A stretch of 64,000 bases of DNA. It comes from the human T2T-CHM13v2.0 reference genome, Homo sapiens. Position 1 is the stretch's first letter. The number at the start of each line of letters is the position of its first letter. Below are positions 20,195-35,330 of this stretch, in pieces. The notes under the pieces are model-generated. The model did no database searches, was not told where the DNA came from, and saw only the letters and a list, made by a program, of their open reading frames with translations. Position numbers and translations under genes: made by a program. The stretch lies in assembly GCF_009914755.1 (NCBI RefSeq), contig NC_060927.1. The stretch is one strand, 5' to 3'.

Positions 20195-21100
20195 TTCTTT
20201 TTAATGTTTTAAATCAACTTCGTTAGATATAATTCACAATCAATAAAATACACCAATTTAAAATGTTCAGTTTGAGAAGTTTTGACAGTTTTACGCTTTT
20301 ATGTAACCATCACTGGAATCAAGATATAGAGTTTTTTTTATTAACCCCAACATTTGTCTTGAGTCCTGTCCCAGTCAATTACCCAGCCATCACAGGCTCC
20401 AGGCAACAACTGATCTGATTTTTGTCCCTATACCTTTAATTGGTCTCTTCTAGCATTTCATATACATGTGATCATACAGTATGTAATTCTTTGGGTTGAC
20501 TTCTTTCACTCAGAGTAATATTTTCAAGATTTTATATATATTATGCATATCAGTAGTTCATTTCTTTTATTATTTTTTATTATTGAGTTGTAAGAGTTCT
20601 TTCTATATCCTGATATTACTCCCTTGTCAAATAATGTGTAACAAATATTTTCTCCTAGTCTGTGGCTTGTCTTTTCTTTTGAATAGTAGAACTTTTAATT
20701 TTGTTAAAGTTTGATTAATCAAATTTCTTCTATAGTTTGTGTATTTAATTTTCAAAAATTTTTTTACCTATCCTAAGGTTGTAAAACCTTTCTCCTATGC
20801 CTTTTTCTAGAAGATTTACAGTTTTAGTTTTAAGTTTAGCTCTATGATTCATTTCAAGTTAGTTTTTGTATATGGTGTGAAGCTTATTTTTTTCCAAATG
20901 AATATCTTCTCCAGCACAATTTTTTGAAAATAATTTACTTTCCCCATTGAATTGCCTTGGCACCTTTTTAAAAAGTCCTTTGACCATAGATGTCAAGGTG
21001 TATTACTGGACTCTATTCTGCTGAAGTCATCTATATGTGTGTTTGTCAGGCAGTACTGCGCTGTCCTGAAGACTATAGCTTTATAGCAAGACTTGCTTTG
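20195..21100 (-). mobile_element. Old L1M 3' fragment
   Basis: Reverse L1M 3'UTR (gatataattcac...aataaaatacaccaatttaaaatg) and ORF2-derived ccagcacaatttttgaaaa...ttccccattgaattgccttggcacc. Confidence 0.7.
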
Positions 21101-21269
21101 ACCCTCTAGTAAGTGGCAATGACTTATTGTTTTTACTAATACCTGGGTTTCCTTACCATCCATTGATTGTCTTCTCAGCTCTTTTACTATTTAAATGCAT
21201 TAAGTTCTCTTTATTGTAAATACTGGAAGTGGTTTATGTTTTTTAGGTTAAATCTGATAAATAGAAATT

Positions 21270-21440
21270 CTCACAAAATTGCTCGGTAGGTACTAGCAAT
21301 TTTAATTATCCTCACTTTAGAGGAGGAAATTGAACTACAAAGAAATTGAGTAATTTGCCCCTGTTGGAAGAGACACAAAATGGTGGGGGCAAGATTCAAA
21401 GCCAGGCAGTCTAGCTCCAGAGCTTGTGCCTCTAACTTCT
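21270..21440 (-). mobile_element. MIR SINE
   Basis: MIR core in reverse: attatcctcactttagaggaggaaattgaa...gtaatttgccc...gattcaaagccaggcagtct. Confidence 0.7.
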
Positions 21441-22550
21441 GCTCTCCTGCTGAAGACATCATTGTACAGATGATATTCAAACTGAGTGAAATCACAGAGA
21501 ACGGGGGTAGGAAGAGGTCAGTAGACTGAGCCCAGGGGAACTCAATTGTTTAGGGCTCAGAAAGATGAGGAAGAACTAAGGAAGGAGGCTGTAAAGAAGC
21601 AATGAGTGAAGGAAGACAACCGTGAGAAGGAATTGTCCCAGAAACCAGTGAAGAAAGTGTTTCAAGAGAAAGGACATAATAAACTATGCCAAATGCTGCT
21701 AGAAGGTCAAGTTATGTGAGCACTGGGGAAACATTGGATTTGGCAACAGAGGTCATTGATGTTCTTGATAGGACCAGTTTTGGTAGAATTGTGGGAGAAG
21801 AGTTAGCCCAATTAGAGTGAATTCAAGAGTGAATAAAAAGAGAGGAAATGGAGACAATGAGTATACACCACTCTTTAGCTGCGTGTGTGTTGGGGAATGG
21901 GTGAGAGCTGTGGGTAGGAAGGGGAGAGATGAAGTCAGGTATGTGTAATGAAACAGATAGTCTAATGAAAGAGAAAATATTGATGATGTAAACGTTGGAG
22001 ACAGAAAACCACACACTTTGAAGTGTTTCCAAACACGTAGTTTGCTACCTAGTGCCATATGTTTTTCAGTGATAAGAACATGGAGTGTAATTCCCCTTCC
22101 CACAAGAATGTCACCTCACCTATATCAGATCTACATATGTGAGTTATTGGCCTCAACTACCAGACTCCAAAATGCTTGTAAACCCAAGGTTTTGGACAAA
22201 CATATTGAGAGCTTAGGCCATGGCAGGACTACACTCTGTCAGCTGCCTCTCTGAAGACCAAGAGCCCAGGCTGTGGCAGGACTACTCTCTGCCAGCTTTA
22301 AGCTACTCTCTGAAGCCTTGCCCACCAACCCTGGCTCTGCTCACTAGTGTCTAGGACCTTGCTGGTCATTGCGGATCCACACTGTGTTTATCAAACTGTC
22401 TCTTCCAAGAACCTTTCATAGAAAGGTACACCTCAAACTTTGATTAGATTTTCGATCTACAGAGGCTTGTTTCTATCCTTATTGAGCAACTAGACTTTAA
22501 TAATTGGACTCTAAATGAAATTAGAACTCACTCATGATGTGGTTAATGTA

Positions 22551-22862
22551 CAGTAGTTACTGTTTATCCTTGAGGAATATGCTCCAAGACCCCCAGTGGA
22601 CTCCTAAAACTGCAGATAGTACTGAACCCTGTGTACACTATGCACAAACTTCTTTTTTCTTCTTTACAATTTCGTGTATAGAAGACTCATGCTTACCATA
22701 GATCTTAGCAACCTCAGCATACATTTTTTTTCTTTCCTTATTAAGTTGACAACTTTCCCCTTTTCACTTAAAGGTAGCACTTTACGGCCTCTCTTTTGAA
22801 TATCTGGGTTGTCTACAATCACTACTCCTTTGCTTTGGGGCATTATCAAGTAAAATACAGGT
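22551..22862 (-). mobile_element. Tigger7/MER44-type DNA transposon fragment with a fossil transposase N-terminus
   Basis: Terminal cagtag...ccaagacccccagtgga...aaactgcagatagtactgaacc; minus-strand peptide KRGRKVLPLSEKGKVVNLIRKEKK resembles a pogo/CENP-B-type N-terminal HTH. Confidence 0.75.
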
Positions 22863-24125
22863 ATCTCATTTGTTGAGTGTATTCCCTGTGATATTCATTC
22901 TCATTATTCTCCTCCATTTGAGCATTGTGTGGAGGAATAAAAAAGAACCTCATTGTATGGCAACAAACCATGTGATTCATAAAACCATACTGTGATCTTC
23001 TTATTTTAACCACACAAAACACCCCAATTTGGGCAGGACCCAAATTCATGCAGAGACAAATGAGGAAGGGGGCCAGACCCAGTGCCAAGAGGCAGAGTCA
23101 AGTGCAAGAGGAGGAAAAATAGCCCATTCGTAATGGTGGAATAAGGCAGAGGATATAGGAGCAAGGTGGTTTGACAGACGATGTGGTGGGAAGGTGTGAA
23201 AGTCCTCCTCTAGTGGCTTCTATTTTCTTGGGAAAATAAGAAGTTAGATCATCAGTTGAGAGTGAAGAGAAGCAAGAAAGTTGTGGAGGCTTAACTAAAG
23301 TGGAAAAGGTATGAATTAGGAGACTGGAAATTAAATAGGTCAGGGGTATATTGTAGAATTGCGCAGTGGCAGCATTAGAGACCTGTTTGGGTTAAAAATT
23401 GCAAATTTAACTGAGATTCAGTCAGCTGATACTGAATAAGTACCCTTCATTTTCTAAATAGCCACTTTTTTTTTCTAATAACATAGTTGGAAAAGAATAG
23501 TAAGGCAGATCTTTGAATTTTAAAAACTGACCAAAGGAATCTCCATAAAATTTGCCAATTAATCATAGTAGTGTATCAAAGATAATTTTCTGATTTTGTT
23601 AATTTCACTGCAATTATGTAAGAGAATTCCTGGATTTTAGAAAACAAACAATGAAGCATTTAGAGGAAAAAGGGATAATCATGTGTGCAGCTTACTCTTA
23701 AATGATTTAGAAAAAAAAGTAAGTATAAAATGAAATATATGTATATTTTTTCTTCCCAGTTTCATTAAGATATAATTAACAAATGAAAATTATCTATATT
23801 TATGGTACACAACATGATGTTTTGATGTGTGTACACATTTTGAAATGACTAAATCTAACTGATTAATATAATTTTGAAATAAAGATAAAATTTTTTTAAC
23901 AAAATGAGCATGTAAAAAATAAAAGTCAGGGGAATATATCCCTTATGGCATTGGGTACTTTAAACTCTGCTATACTGAGAGAAACAAAGTAAGACAAATC
24001 ATACTAAAAACAAAGGAGATGAACAAACAAAGTGGGTTTTTTCCAAGGCCAGCTGGATAAATTCGTACACAGACTAATCAGTCTGTATAGAGGGTTGTGG
24101 AAAGGAGAGGTTGATTGGCTTAATG

Positions 24126-24342
24126 CAAGATTTCTCACCTTTAGCACTCTTGACATTTTATGGTCAGGTAATTCTCTGTTGTGAAGGTTGTCTGTGCATT
24201 GTAGGTCAGATGGTTAGCATCATCTCTGGCCGCTACCTACTACACAACAGTAGCAAACCCTCTCAAGTTGTCACAACCAAACATGTGCCCAGACATTTTC
24301 AAACATTCCTTGAAACAATACCACCCCAGGTGAGAACTGATG
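24126..24342 (+). mobile_element. MER20 (hAT-Charlie non-autonomous element), near full length
   Basis: tttctcacctttagcactcttgacattt...taattctctgttgtg...tgtctgtgcattgtagg...ttagcatcatctctggcc...gttgtcacaaccaaacatgtgcccagacatt...gagaac matches the recalled MER20 consensus. Confidence 0.85.
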
Positions 24343-26849
24343 CCTGAACAGACACTTGCCTATGATGTCTATATTTGGAATTTTAGAAGCTAGGATTAAA
24401 TATATGTTTACATATATATACATACATAAATACACGCACATATATATAAAATACACAAACATATGTATTTATGTATATATAATATATTTACATATTATGC
24501 ATTATGTGTATGCATGTAATATATAGAAAGGGAGATAGAGAAAGACTGAGACAGAGAGAGAGTGAAAAAGGACAGTACAGTAGATGTAATAAATGTTAAT
24601 ATTTGGAAAAATATGGGTTGAAAGTATCCAGGATTTGTTTATACTATTTTCGAAAATTTTTCATAAGTTCAAAATAATATCAAAAAAAGACTGGCCTATA
24701 TTTGAAATGAAATGCATCTGGAAAACTACTAAAGTCTTATATTGTATTATCTTGATTCTCCCATATAACCTTATAATGTCATGATTCAGAAATTTTAAGA
24801 AACTATTACTCAAAATTTATATTTGAGAAAAAAGTCAAGGCAAGGCTGATGGTAGTTTGTTTTTAATTTGTGGCTCAAACCATTAGAGAAAATCTGTCAC
24901 TGAGACATAAATTTCTATTACGAAGAAAGAACATGGATATACTGGTTGTTATAAAGACTCTCTCTATATGTACATTTTCCTCAGGACTCTCCCACACAAC
25001 AGAGAACATCTTTCTCAAGACAAAATTCTAGGAACCATCCTTGATTCTTCTCCCTCACCCTCCACATCTAGTTCTTCAGTAAGTCTGTTGATTTGATCCC
25101 TCATATCCCTACTGAACCCCTCCATTCTCTTTGTCTCTATAATCATCAGTCTGGTCCATGTCACCATGTCACTCCCCTGTAGACCTGTTTTCATTATTGC
25201 CCCTTCCCCCAATCCATCTACACAGCAACTAAAGTCATCTATTTAATATCACTCTTGTTTAAATGCTTAAATATTCAGATGTGCTAGAATTTTACAACAT
25301 TTCACCTGTAGTCAACGATAATGTATGATTCACTTAAAAATTTGTTAAAAGGGTGGATTTCATGTTAGGTGTTATTACCGTAATAAACTAAAATTAACAA
25401 AGAAAAGAAAGCTATGTGGCATTAAAGCTGGTTTACATCTTTAAAAAATCTATTAAAATAAATTTTTAAAGAAAAGGATTTTTCCATAAGATTAATAAAG
25501 CTAATAAGAAAGAGCAATCAAGACATGCAATTGCCACTTTAATCTTGAAGATGGTGGTTCATATTTTCTTGCAGGGTATTTAGAGCATAGCATCTTACCC
25601 AAATCCCTTTTGGAAGTTGTCGTAAAACTCCAGGGTCTCTGTTTAAATAGAAGTGCACAATGAAGTGGCTTAGAGAAATTAACAAAAACAATGAAGGAGT
25701 TCAATTTTAATAGAAGATAAAGAGCTAGAGTGGAGAGAAAGGCAAAAGATGAAAACTTTAAATTCTTATGTACCATATCTTAAATATCAAAGACCCAAGA
25801 TCTGTATATGAACCTAAGTTACTGAAAGTTATGGTCATTTAGAGACAGAAAAGGAGATTGTCAGTAGCACGGTAATATCTCAAATCTGGGAAGAAAACTC
25901 TAAATATTTCTAAGCTTTTATTGAATCACAAAGAAACTTTCTTGAGATCGAACTTTGTCATTTTATAAAAACTCTATTTAGCCTTTAAAGATTATTTTAA
26001 CAAAAGAATATTTCAATTTAGGGTTTTACAGAAATTAGCCAAATGGAGATGGCTGTCTTAATGACCACGTTTTCTTCCATTTTCACTGAGATAATGTGCA
26101 CAAACACTCAGGAACTCAGAGTTTTCCCAATGCCTCTTTCAAATTTTCACATTGTGTAGATTCTGAACAATTGTTGCAAACTAGTTCCTGACAATTTTTA
26201 TAATGGAATTTCTTCCATCAGCTGGGTCAACTGTTTCTGTGTGTCTAGCTAATTACTTTTTTATTTTAAGTGATATGGACCCACAATTTAACAAAACCAG
26301 TAAGACAGAAACATATAATGAAAAGAAAATGTCTTTTCCTATGTCATGCCCAGTCTTTCTCCTGAAAGGTAAGCAATTGAGAAGAGTTTCTTATAGATCC
26401 ATCAGGGAGTAGAAGAAAGATAGGCACACGCATGTACACACATGTTTATACATATGTGCATAACATTTTGCACAAATTGCACTATATGCCAAAGACTGTT
26501 TGAATCTTTACATTTTTCAATTTGAATAACTTGCTAAGTTACCTTTCAAGGAGGTTGTGTATTTTATTTTCCTACCAGTAGTGTATGAATGTATCTATTT
26601 TTTCATGCCCTCCCCACCATTGGATGTTAACAAATGTTTTGAATTGTGTTAATCTGAAAAGTGAAAAATATCACTTTGCTTTCACTGACTTTATTTAATT
26701 ATGAATGAAAGTATCTTTTCATGTTTTTGACCCTTTACATTTCTTTTTCTGTCAAGTGTTTATCATCTTTGCCTATTTTCTGCTACATTTTATCTTAAGA
26801 GGCCATTCAAGTAAACCCCATGTAAATTTAGAAAAATTACCAATAGTAG

Positions 26850-26853
<4 letters not shown>

Positions 26854-26909
<56 letters not shown>

Positions 26910-26913
26910 TATA
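26854..26913. repeat. (TA)n microsatellite
   Basis: About 30 TA units with one G interruption. Confidence 0.97.
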
Positions 26914-27277
26914 TCACATTTGTAAGTATAGAAAAATCACCATTTGTAGGTTATGAACACTTTTCCAAGATACTCACATTTTTTTGTTTTTTTAATTTTG
27001 TTTTTTACAAAATTATGCTTAGAGTCTTTTTATGGTATAATTTTCAACATTTTATACCTGTTTCTTTATGGCTTTGGTGTTTTGTGCCCTGCTTAGAAGG
27101 TCCTCCCTGTGACAAAATTTATGTATAAGTTTATCCAACTTTTCTTACAGTAATTTTATAATGCTATTTTAAAATTTTTGATATAGCCAGATATTATTTT
27201 AATATTAGTATTAGACAGAAATCAACTTTAGTTTTCCAAACTTCTAGCAAATTTTTGCAGTATTACTTATGAACCTC

Positions 27278-27632
<355 letters not shown>

Positions 27633-28031
27633 TAATTTCCCATAAATAGTTGTATCTATTACTGGACCTTTTATTATGTTTCCTATATATAATTATTTTA
27701 TAGTACCAAATTCTTTTAATATTTTTACTTGATTAGACGTTCTATTATCTGATAGACAAGTCTTCTGCTGTCACTTTTCTGTTTCAAAATTGTCCTTGCT
27801 ATACTTACATGTTTACTTTTACGAATTTACTCTGTTAGTATTTTGTCTGATTCATCCCCAAAAGCTTTTGCTATTTTAATGAGACTGATGAACTTTAATT
27901 AATTTAGCATTAATTGCTAGCTTTGCAATGTTGACTTTACCTATTCATAAGCCAGCTTCCATTTTATCAATCTCAATGAAGTTAAAAATGTAGTCATAAC
28001 AGTTTTATAAATTTTATACATTCCTCATTAA

Positions 28032-28388
<357 letters not shown>

Positions 28389-28479
28389 TTTTGTTTTTCT
28401 AACATTTATTGTTTACTGCTAGAGCAGCTTCTTTACTGTTGAGAAAGATTATATATTATTATTGCTTTTTTAAATTTTT

Positions 28480-28604
28480 ATTTATTTATTTTGAGACAGA
28501 GTCTCGCTGTTGTTGCCCAGGCTGGAGTGCAATGGCACAATCTCAGCTCATGCAACTTCTGCCTCCCGGGTTCAAGCGATTCTCCTGCCTCAGCCTCCTG
28601 AGTA
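28480..28604 (-). mobile_element. Alu right-arm fragment
   Basis: (TTTA)n then ttgagacagagtctc...cagcctcctgagta, ending abruptly. Confidence 0.9.
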
Positions 28605-28980
28605 TCTTCTTAATTGGAATGTTTATAGTGTTTCTCCATTAAGCAGTTTCATTATGCTGGATTTTTGTCAAATATATTCAACATCTATTGGGTTGGGATA
28701 TTTTCCCCCTGTTAGTCCAATATTATGAAAAATTATATTAGTTAATTTTCTAGCATGTAAATATAGTTGCATTCTTAGGATGAACTGCACTTGACGAAGA
28801 AGTAGAATTTATTAATTGATCCACTTAATGCTATTTACAAATGTTTTAAATACATGCATATTAATAGTGTAAGTGAGCTTGGTCTGCAATTTTTTTTTTT
28901 TTTGGTGGGAAGTCAAATTTTAGTATCTTTTTCTGCTCAAATATGTAGTTGAAAGCTTTTCTTCTTTCTCTGTTCACTGA

Positions 28981-29402
<422 letters not shown>

Positions 29403-30264
29403 TATAAAAATACTTTTAAGTATTTTTAAGTATAAATGTCTAGGTAGTTGTGGTTTGGATCTTTCAAAATTAATTATCTTTTTTTTTTTTTTTGGTTTTG
29501 AGACGGAGATTCACTCTGTCACCCAGGCTGGTATCAGTAGGCTCTGTGGTGATCATCTCTTTTTTATTCTTGATCTTGATGGTTTATCTCCTTGTCTTCT
29601 TGATCACTACCTGAGAGTGTCAATTTTGTTGGTCTTTTCAATGAATCAGTCTTTGGTTTTGTTCATTTTCTCTAGTCTGTTTTCCATTTTGTTGATTTCT
29701 GTTCTTATCTTTAATATTTTCTTCAACTGACTGTGTATAGTTTGCTTTTTTTTTTAGCTTCTTAAGGTGGGATATTAGGCATTGACTTGAAATATTTCTT
29801 CTTTTCTAATATGAACATTTAAAAGTATGAGTTTCCCTCTAAGGATAGTATTAGATTTATCTGTTCATTATAATTCAGTCAAAAGTATTTTCTGATTTTC
29901 TGTATTCTCTGTGATATTCTTTGAGTTCATCCTATTTGGAGTTTGCTGAGCTTCTACAGTCTATAAGTTTATGTCTTTCACCAAATTTGGGGAATTTTAG
30001 CCGGATTTTCTTCAACTAGCTTTTGTGCCTCTATCTCTTGCACCAACTCTCTAAGACTCCTATCCATGTATGTTAGACTTTTTAATATTGTCCTATGTGT
30101 CCCTGAGAGCTGAGAGTTTTTTCCAACTTGTTTTCTCTTTATTCTTCAGGTTGGGTAATTTCTTTCAACTTATCTTAAAGTTTACTGACTGGTTCCTCTG
30201 TCATCTCCTTGCAGCTTGTGAACCTAACTATCCAGTAAGACTTTTAAAATTTGAATATATTATA

Positions 30265-31450
<1,186 letters not shown>

Positions 31451-33582
31451 TACTTATCACCTCTAAAATTTCTATTTGGTTCTTTTTAAAAAGACAAGTC
31501 TCTACATGTCTCATGAGACTTTCTCTCATTTCATTTTTTTCAGGAGTGTTCGCTCTACAACATGTTGCCTTAGTTATATTAGCTGCATTAAAGTATCTGA
31601 TAGTTCCAATATCTAGGAGGATCTCAAGGATGACAGGAGTTCATTGTCTTTTCTCCTGACGATTAGACACATGTTCTTGGTTCTCTGTATGTAGGATAAT
31701 TTTTTTTTATTGTATCCTTAACATTGTAAAAGATGGATTGGGTAGACTATGGTTTCTGTTTTAAGTATCTGTAGAAGCCAGTCCGATTCAGGCAGTATGA
31801 TCTGTCTCATTTCTGTAGGTGGTAATTTGAATTTCAGTTCCATGTTCGGAGCCTTTGTTAATCTGTTGTAGGTGTTGCTCATGTATTTATGGTTCATGGA
31901 TTAGTATGAGGGTGTTTTGAGTAGTCTAGTTATCATTTCAGTTATTTTATCCATTATTTAGGTCTTTCCTGAGTAGGCTTTATTCCAGGGGGCATTATTC
32001 CTGAGTTAAAGCAAGAGATTTGTGCATGGAGATCAAAGCTCCGTCCCATTTTGAAACCTCTGTTATGTGCTAATTTGGTCTGACTTGTACATGCATAGAT
32101 AGGAGTTAGGCAGAAACCTGTGTAGGATCACATACAGAATTAGAAAACTTCTCTAATTTTCTCCTTCCTAAGAATTTCCCCCTAACTCACTTCAGCTTGT
32201 AAAGTCCCCTTTTCCTGGTTTCTATGGGGCCTGCTCTTAGAGCAGAGTCACAAAGGAAAAATCAATTAACAAATAAATGGGAAACTCACTCAATATGGAA
32301 CATGTCATTCAGTTTTTGCTCTCTTCTACAATCTGTCTTCTTTTGTTTCTTTTCAGTGTAATTCAGAATTTTTGTTTGTTGTTCAGAGTTTAGTATTGGG
32401 AGAAATGGGTTGTAGTAGGATTATTTTCTGAGATTTTGGCATTTGTTTAATGATACCTTTTGTACTTAAATGACAACAAATCTTGAATTTTTTTTATTAA
32501 TTCATTTCATCAGAGCTCTAGAGACTTTGTGTCACTGTAAAATTAGAGGGAGTCTGAAACTACCTGCATACCGTTTTTTTACACCTGGATCCTCATAAAA
32601 TTCTTTGTCCTTGAAGTTTAGAGTAGATTATTCTTGATGATGAACATTCTTCATCAGTTTTTCTTAGTACATGGTAGGCCTCTTGATCTGTGGTTTCAGT
32701 TCTTCCTTTTCATGTAAAAATACTCATTATTTTGTCTTTGAATATTTTTCTCTATTCTAGTGCTTGGTTTATCTTATCCATGCATACTGAAGGTCTTCAT
32801 ATAGAATTATTGTTTGCTTTCCATATCTTTTACATTGCCTCTAATTGTTTTAATCTCTGTCCCTTTCATATCAAATCACTGTTATTATCTCAAACCTTCC
32901 CTCCATTTCAAAAACTCTGTTTTTAACATGTTTAACTTATTCATTAGTTCTGTGTTAAGCACCCCCAGTTTGGTGCCTTAGCCCTGAAATCTCCCATTTT
33001 ATTTCTTTCTATTGCTTCATTATTTTATTTTTTATTTCAATTTTACTGAATGTATGTTCTTCTTAATTCTTCTGTGTTCAGATCTCTCATGTATGTATAG
33101 TGAATTGAATAGTGTTACCCCAAAATTTACGTCTGGAAACTCAGAATATTACCTTATTTAGAAATAGTCTTTCCAGATGTATTTAAGATAATAATTGAGA
33201 TAAGATTATGCCGGATTAGGATGCACCCCATGTCCCAAGAGAGTACCCTTATAAGAAACGGAAAAGGTCAAACAGAAATACCTAGAGAACAAAGCCATGT
33301 AAAGATCAATGTACAGACTGGAGTGATACATCCACGAGCCAAAGAATGCCAAGGATTGCCAGAAACCACCAGAGGCTAGGAGAGAGGTACAGAAGAGAGG
33401 AAGTAGCTTTGGAATTGGGAAATGAGTAGAGGCTGGAAGAATTTTTAAGCCACTTTATAGAAAAAAAAGTTTAGATTGCCTTGAAGAGATGCTTGGTGGA
33501 AATATGAATGTTAAAGGCAATTCTGCTGAGGGCTCAGATAGAATTAAGGAACATGGTAGAGAGATCTTCTATCATCTTAGTA

Positions 33583-33583
<1 letters not shown>

Positions 33584-33628
<45 letters not shown>
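33584..33628. repeat. (TCTA)n tetranucleotide microsatellite
   Basis: About 11 perfect ATCT units. Confidence 0.97.
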
Positions 33629-33629
<1 letters not shown>

Positions 33630-33761
33630 ATATAGAGAGAGAACAGAATGTTGGTAGAAATATAAGTAAAAGGATGTTTCTGGTGTGATCTCAGAAGGAA
33701 ATGAGAGGTATGTCATCAAAAAATGGAAGAAAGAAAATTCTCATTATAAGGTGACAGAAAT

Positions 33762-34869
33762 TGTTTTTACCTTATTTTGTTATTTTCTTTTAACTTTTGT
33801 TTAAGGTTCAGGGGTACACTTGCAAGTTTGTTATATACATACACTCATGTCACAAGGGTTTGGTGTACAGATTATTTCATCACCCAGGTACTAAGCACGG
33901 TACCCAAAAGGTATTTTTTCTGATCTCGTTCCTCCTCCGAACCTTCACTTCCAAGTAGACCCCAGTATCTAGCATTCTCCTCTTTGTGTCCATGTGTTCT
34001 GGTTCTTTAGCTCCCAGTTGTAAGTGAGAACATGTCATATTTGGTTTTCTCTTCCTGCATTAGTTTGCTTAGGATAATGGCCTCTAGCTCTATTCATGTT
34101 GCTGCAAAGGACACGATTTCATTCTTTTTTATGGCTGCGTAGTATTCCATGTTGTATATATACCACATTTTCTTTATTGAGTCTACCATTAATGGGCATT
34201 TAGGTTGATTCTGTGTCTTTGCTATTATAAATAGTTTTGTGATGAACATATGCATGCATGTGTCTTTATGATAGAATAATCTATATTCCTTTGGTTATAT
34301 ACCCAATAATGGGATTGCTGGATTGAATGGTAATTCTGTTTAGTTCTTTAAGGAATTGCCACATTGCTTTCCATGATGACTGAATTGATTAACACTCCCA
34401 CCAGCAGTGTGTAAGTATTCCCTTTTCCCTGCAACCTTGCCAGTATGTTATTTTTTGACTTTTTAATAATAACCATTCTGACTCACGTGAGATAGTATGT
34501 CATCACGGTTTTGATTTACATTTCTCTAATGATTAGTGATGTTGGGCATTTTTTCATATGCTTCTTGGTTGCATGTATGTTTTCTTTTGAAAAAATGTTT
34601 GTTGATGTCTTTGCCCACTTTTTAATGGGGTTGTTTGGTTTTTGCTTGTAAATTTGTTTAAGTTCCTTATAGACTCTGGATATTAGAACACTGTCAGATG
34701 TATAGTTTGTAAATATTTTACCCTATTCTCTAGTTGTCTGTTTACTCTGTTAATAGTTTATTTTGCTGTGCAGAAGCTCTTTAGTTTAATTCAATCCCAC
34801 TTGTCAACATTTGCTTGTGTTGCAACTGCTTTTGGGGTCTTCATCATGAAATTTTTGCCGGTTCCTATG
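33762..34869 (-). mobile_element. 5'-truncated L1 (older L1PA, L1PA13-16-like)
   Basis: Reverse L1 3'UTR and ORF2 C-terminus (peptide GTGKNFMMKTPKAVATQANVDKWD); 13-bp TSD aggtgacagaaat at 33749 and 34870. Confidence 0.9.
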
Positions 34870-35330
34870 AGGTGACAGAAATCTTGAGTGAATTGTGTTC
34901 TATAGTTGGGCAGAAAGAAAAACACATAAGTGATTAACTTGGATGTTTGAGCTGAGGATATTTCTAAGCAAAGTGTGGGAGGTTCAGCCTTATTTATCTT
35001 TGCCGCTCGTAGAAAAATGTGGCAGAAAAGACATAAATTGAGGAAGAAACTGTTAAGCAAAAGAAACCAGAGTTTGATGATTTGGAAAATTCTCAGCCTA
35101 TCAGGTAGTATGCTCTAGAAGTAAGAACAAACATCCTGAACAATATTTTGCTGAAAAGATTACATGTGTAACTCAATAATCAGATCAACCTTCTCAGCAG
35201 AAGCCAAAAATTTAGATGACATTATTCAAGAAAATGTCTGTAGAGGACTCTTGTCCAATAGCATGGACTGCTGTGAATTCCATGGGAAACCAACAAGGCT
35301 TTTCAGAATGCTACACTAGCAGAAACACTA

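Larger units (their letters stand above)
19310..23420 (-). mobile_element. Long degraded L2 in pieces (~19310-20180, 21460-21880, 23080-23420), interrupted by later insertions
   Basis: Purine-rich reverse L2 motifs, e.g. gtggtcagggaaggc-like at 19506, caataatccaggcaaaaatgatggt and ggatttggcaacagaggtcattgatg; boundaries approximate. Confidence 0.55.
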
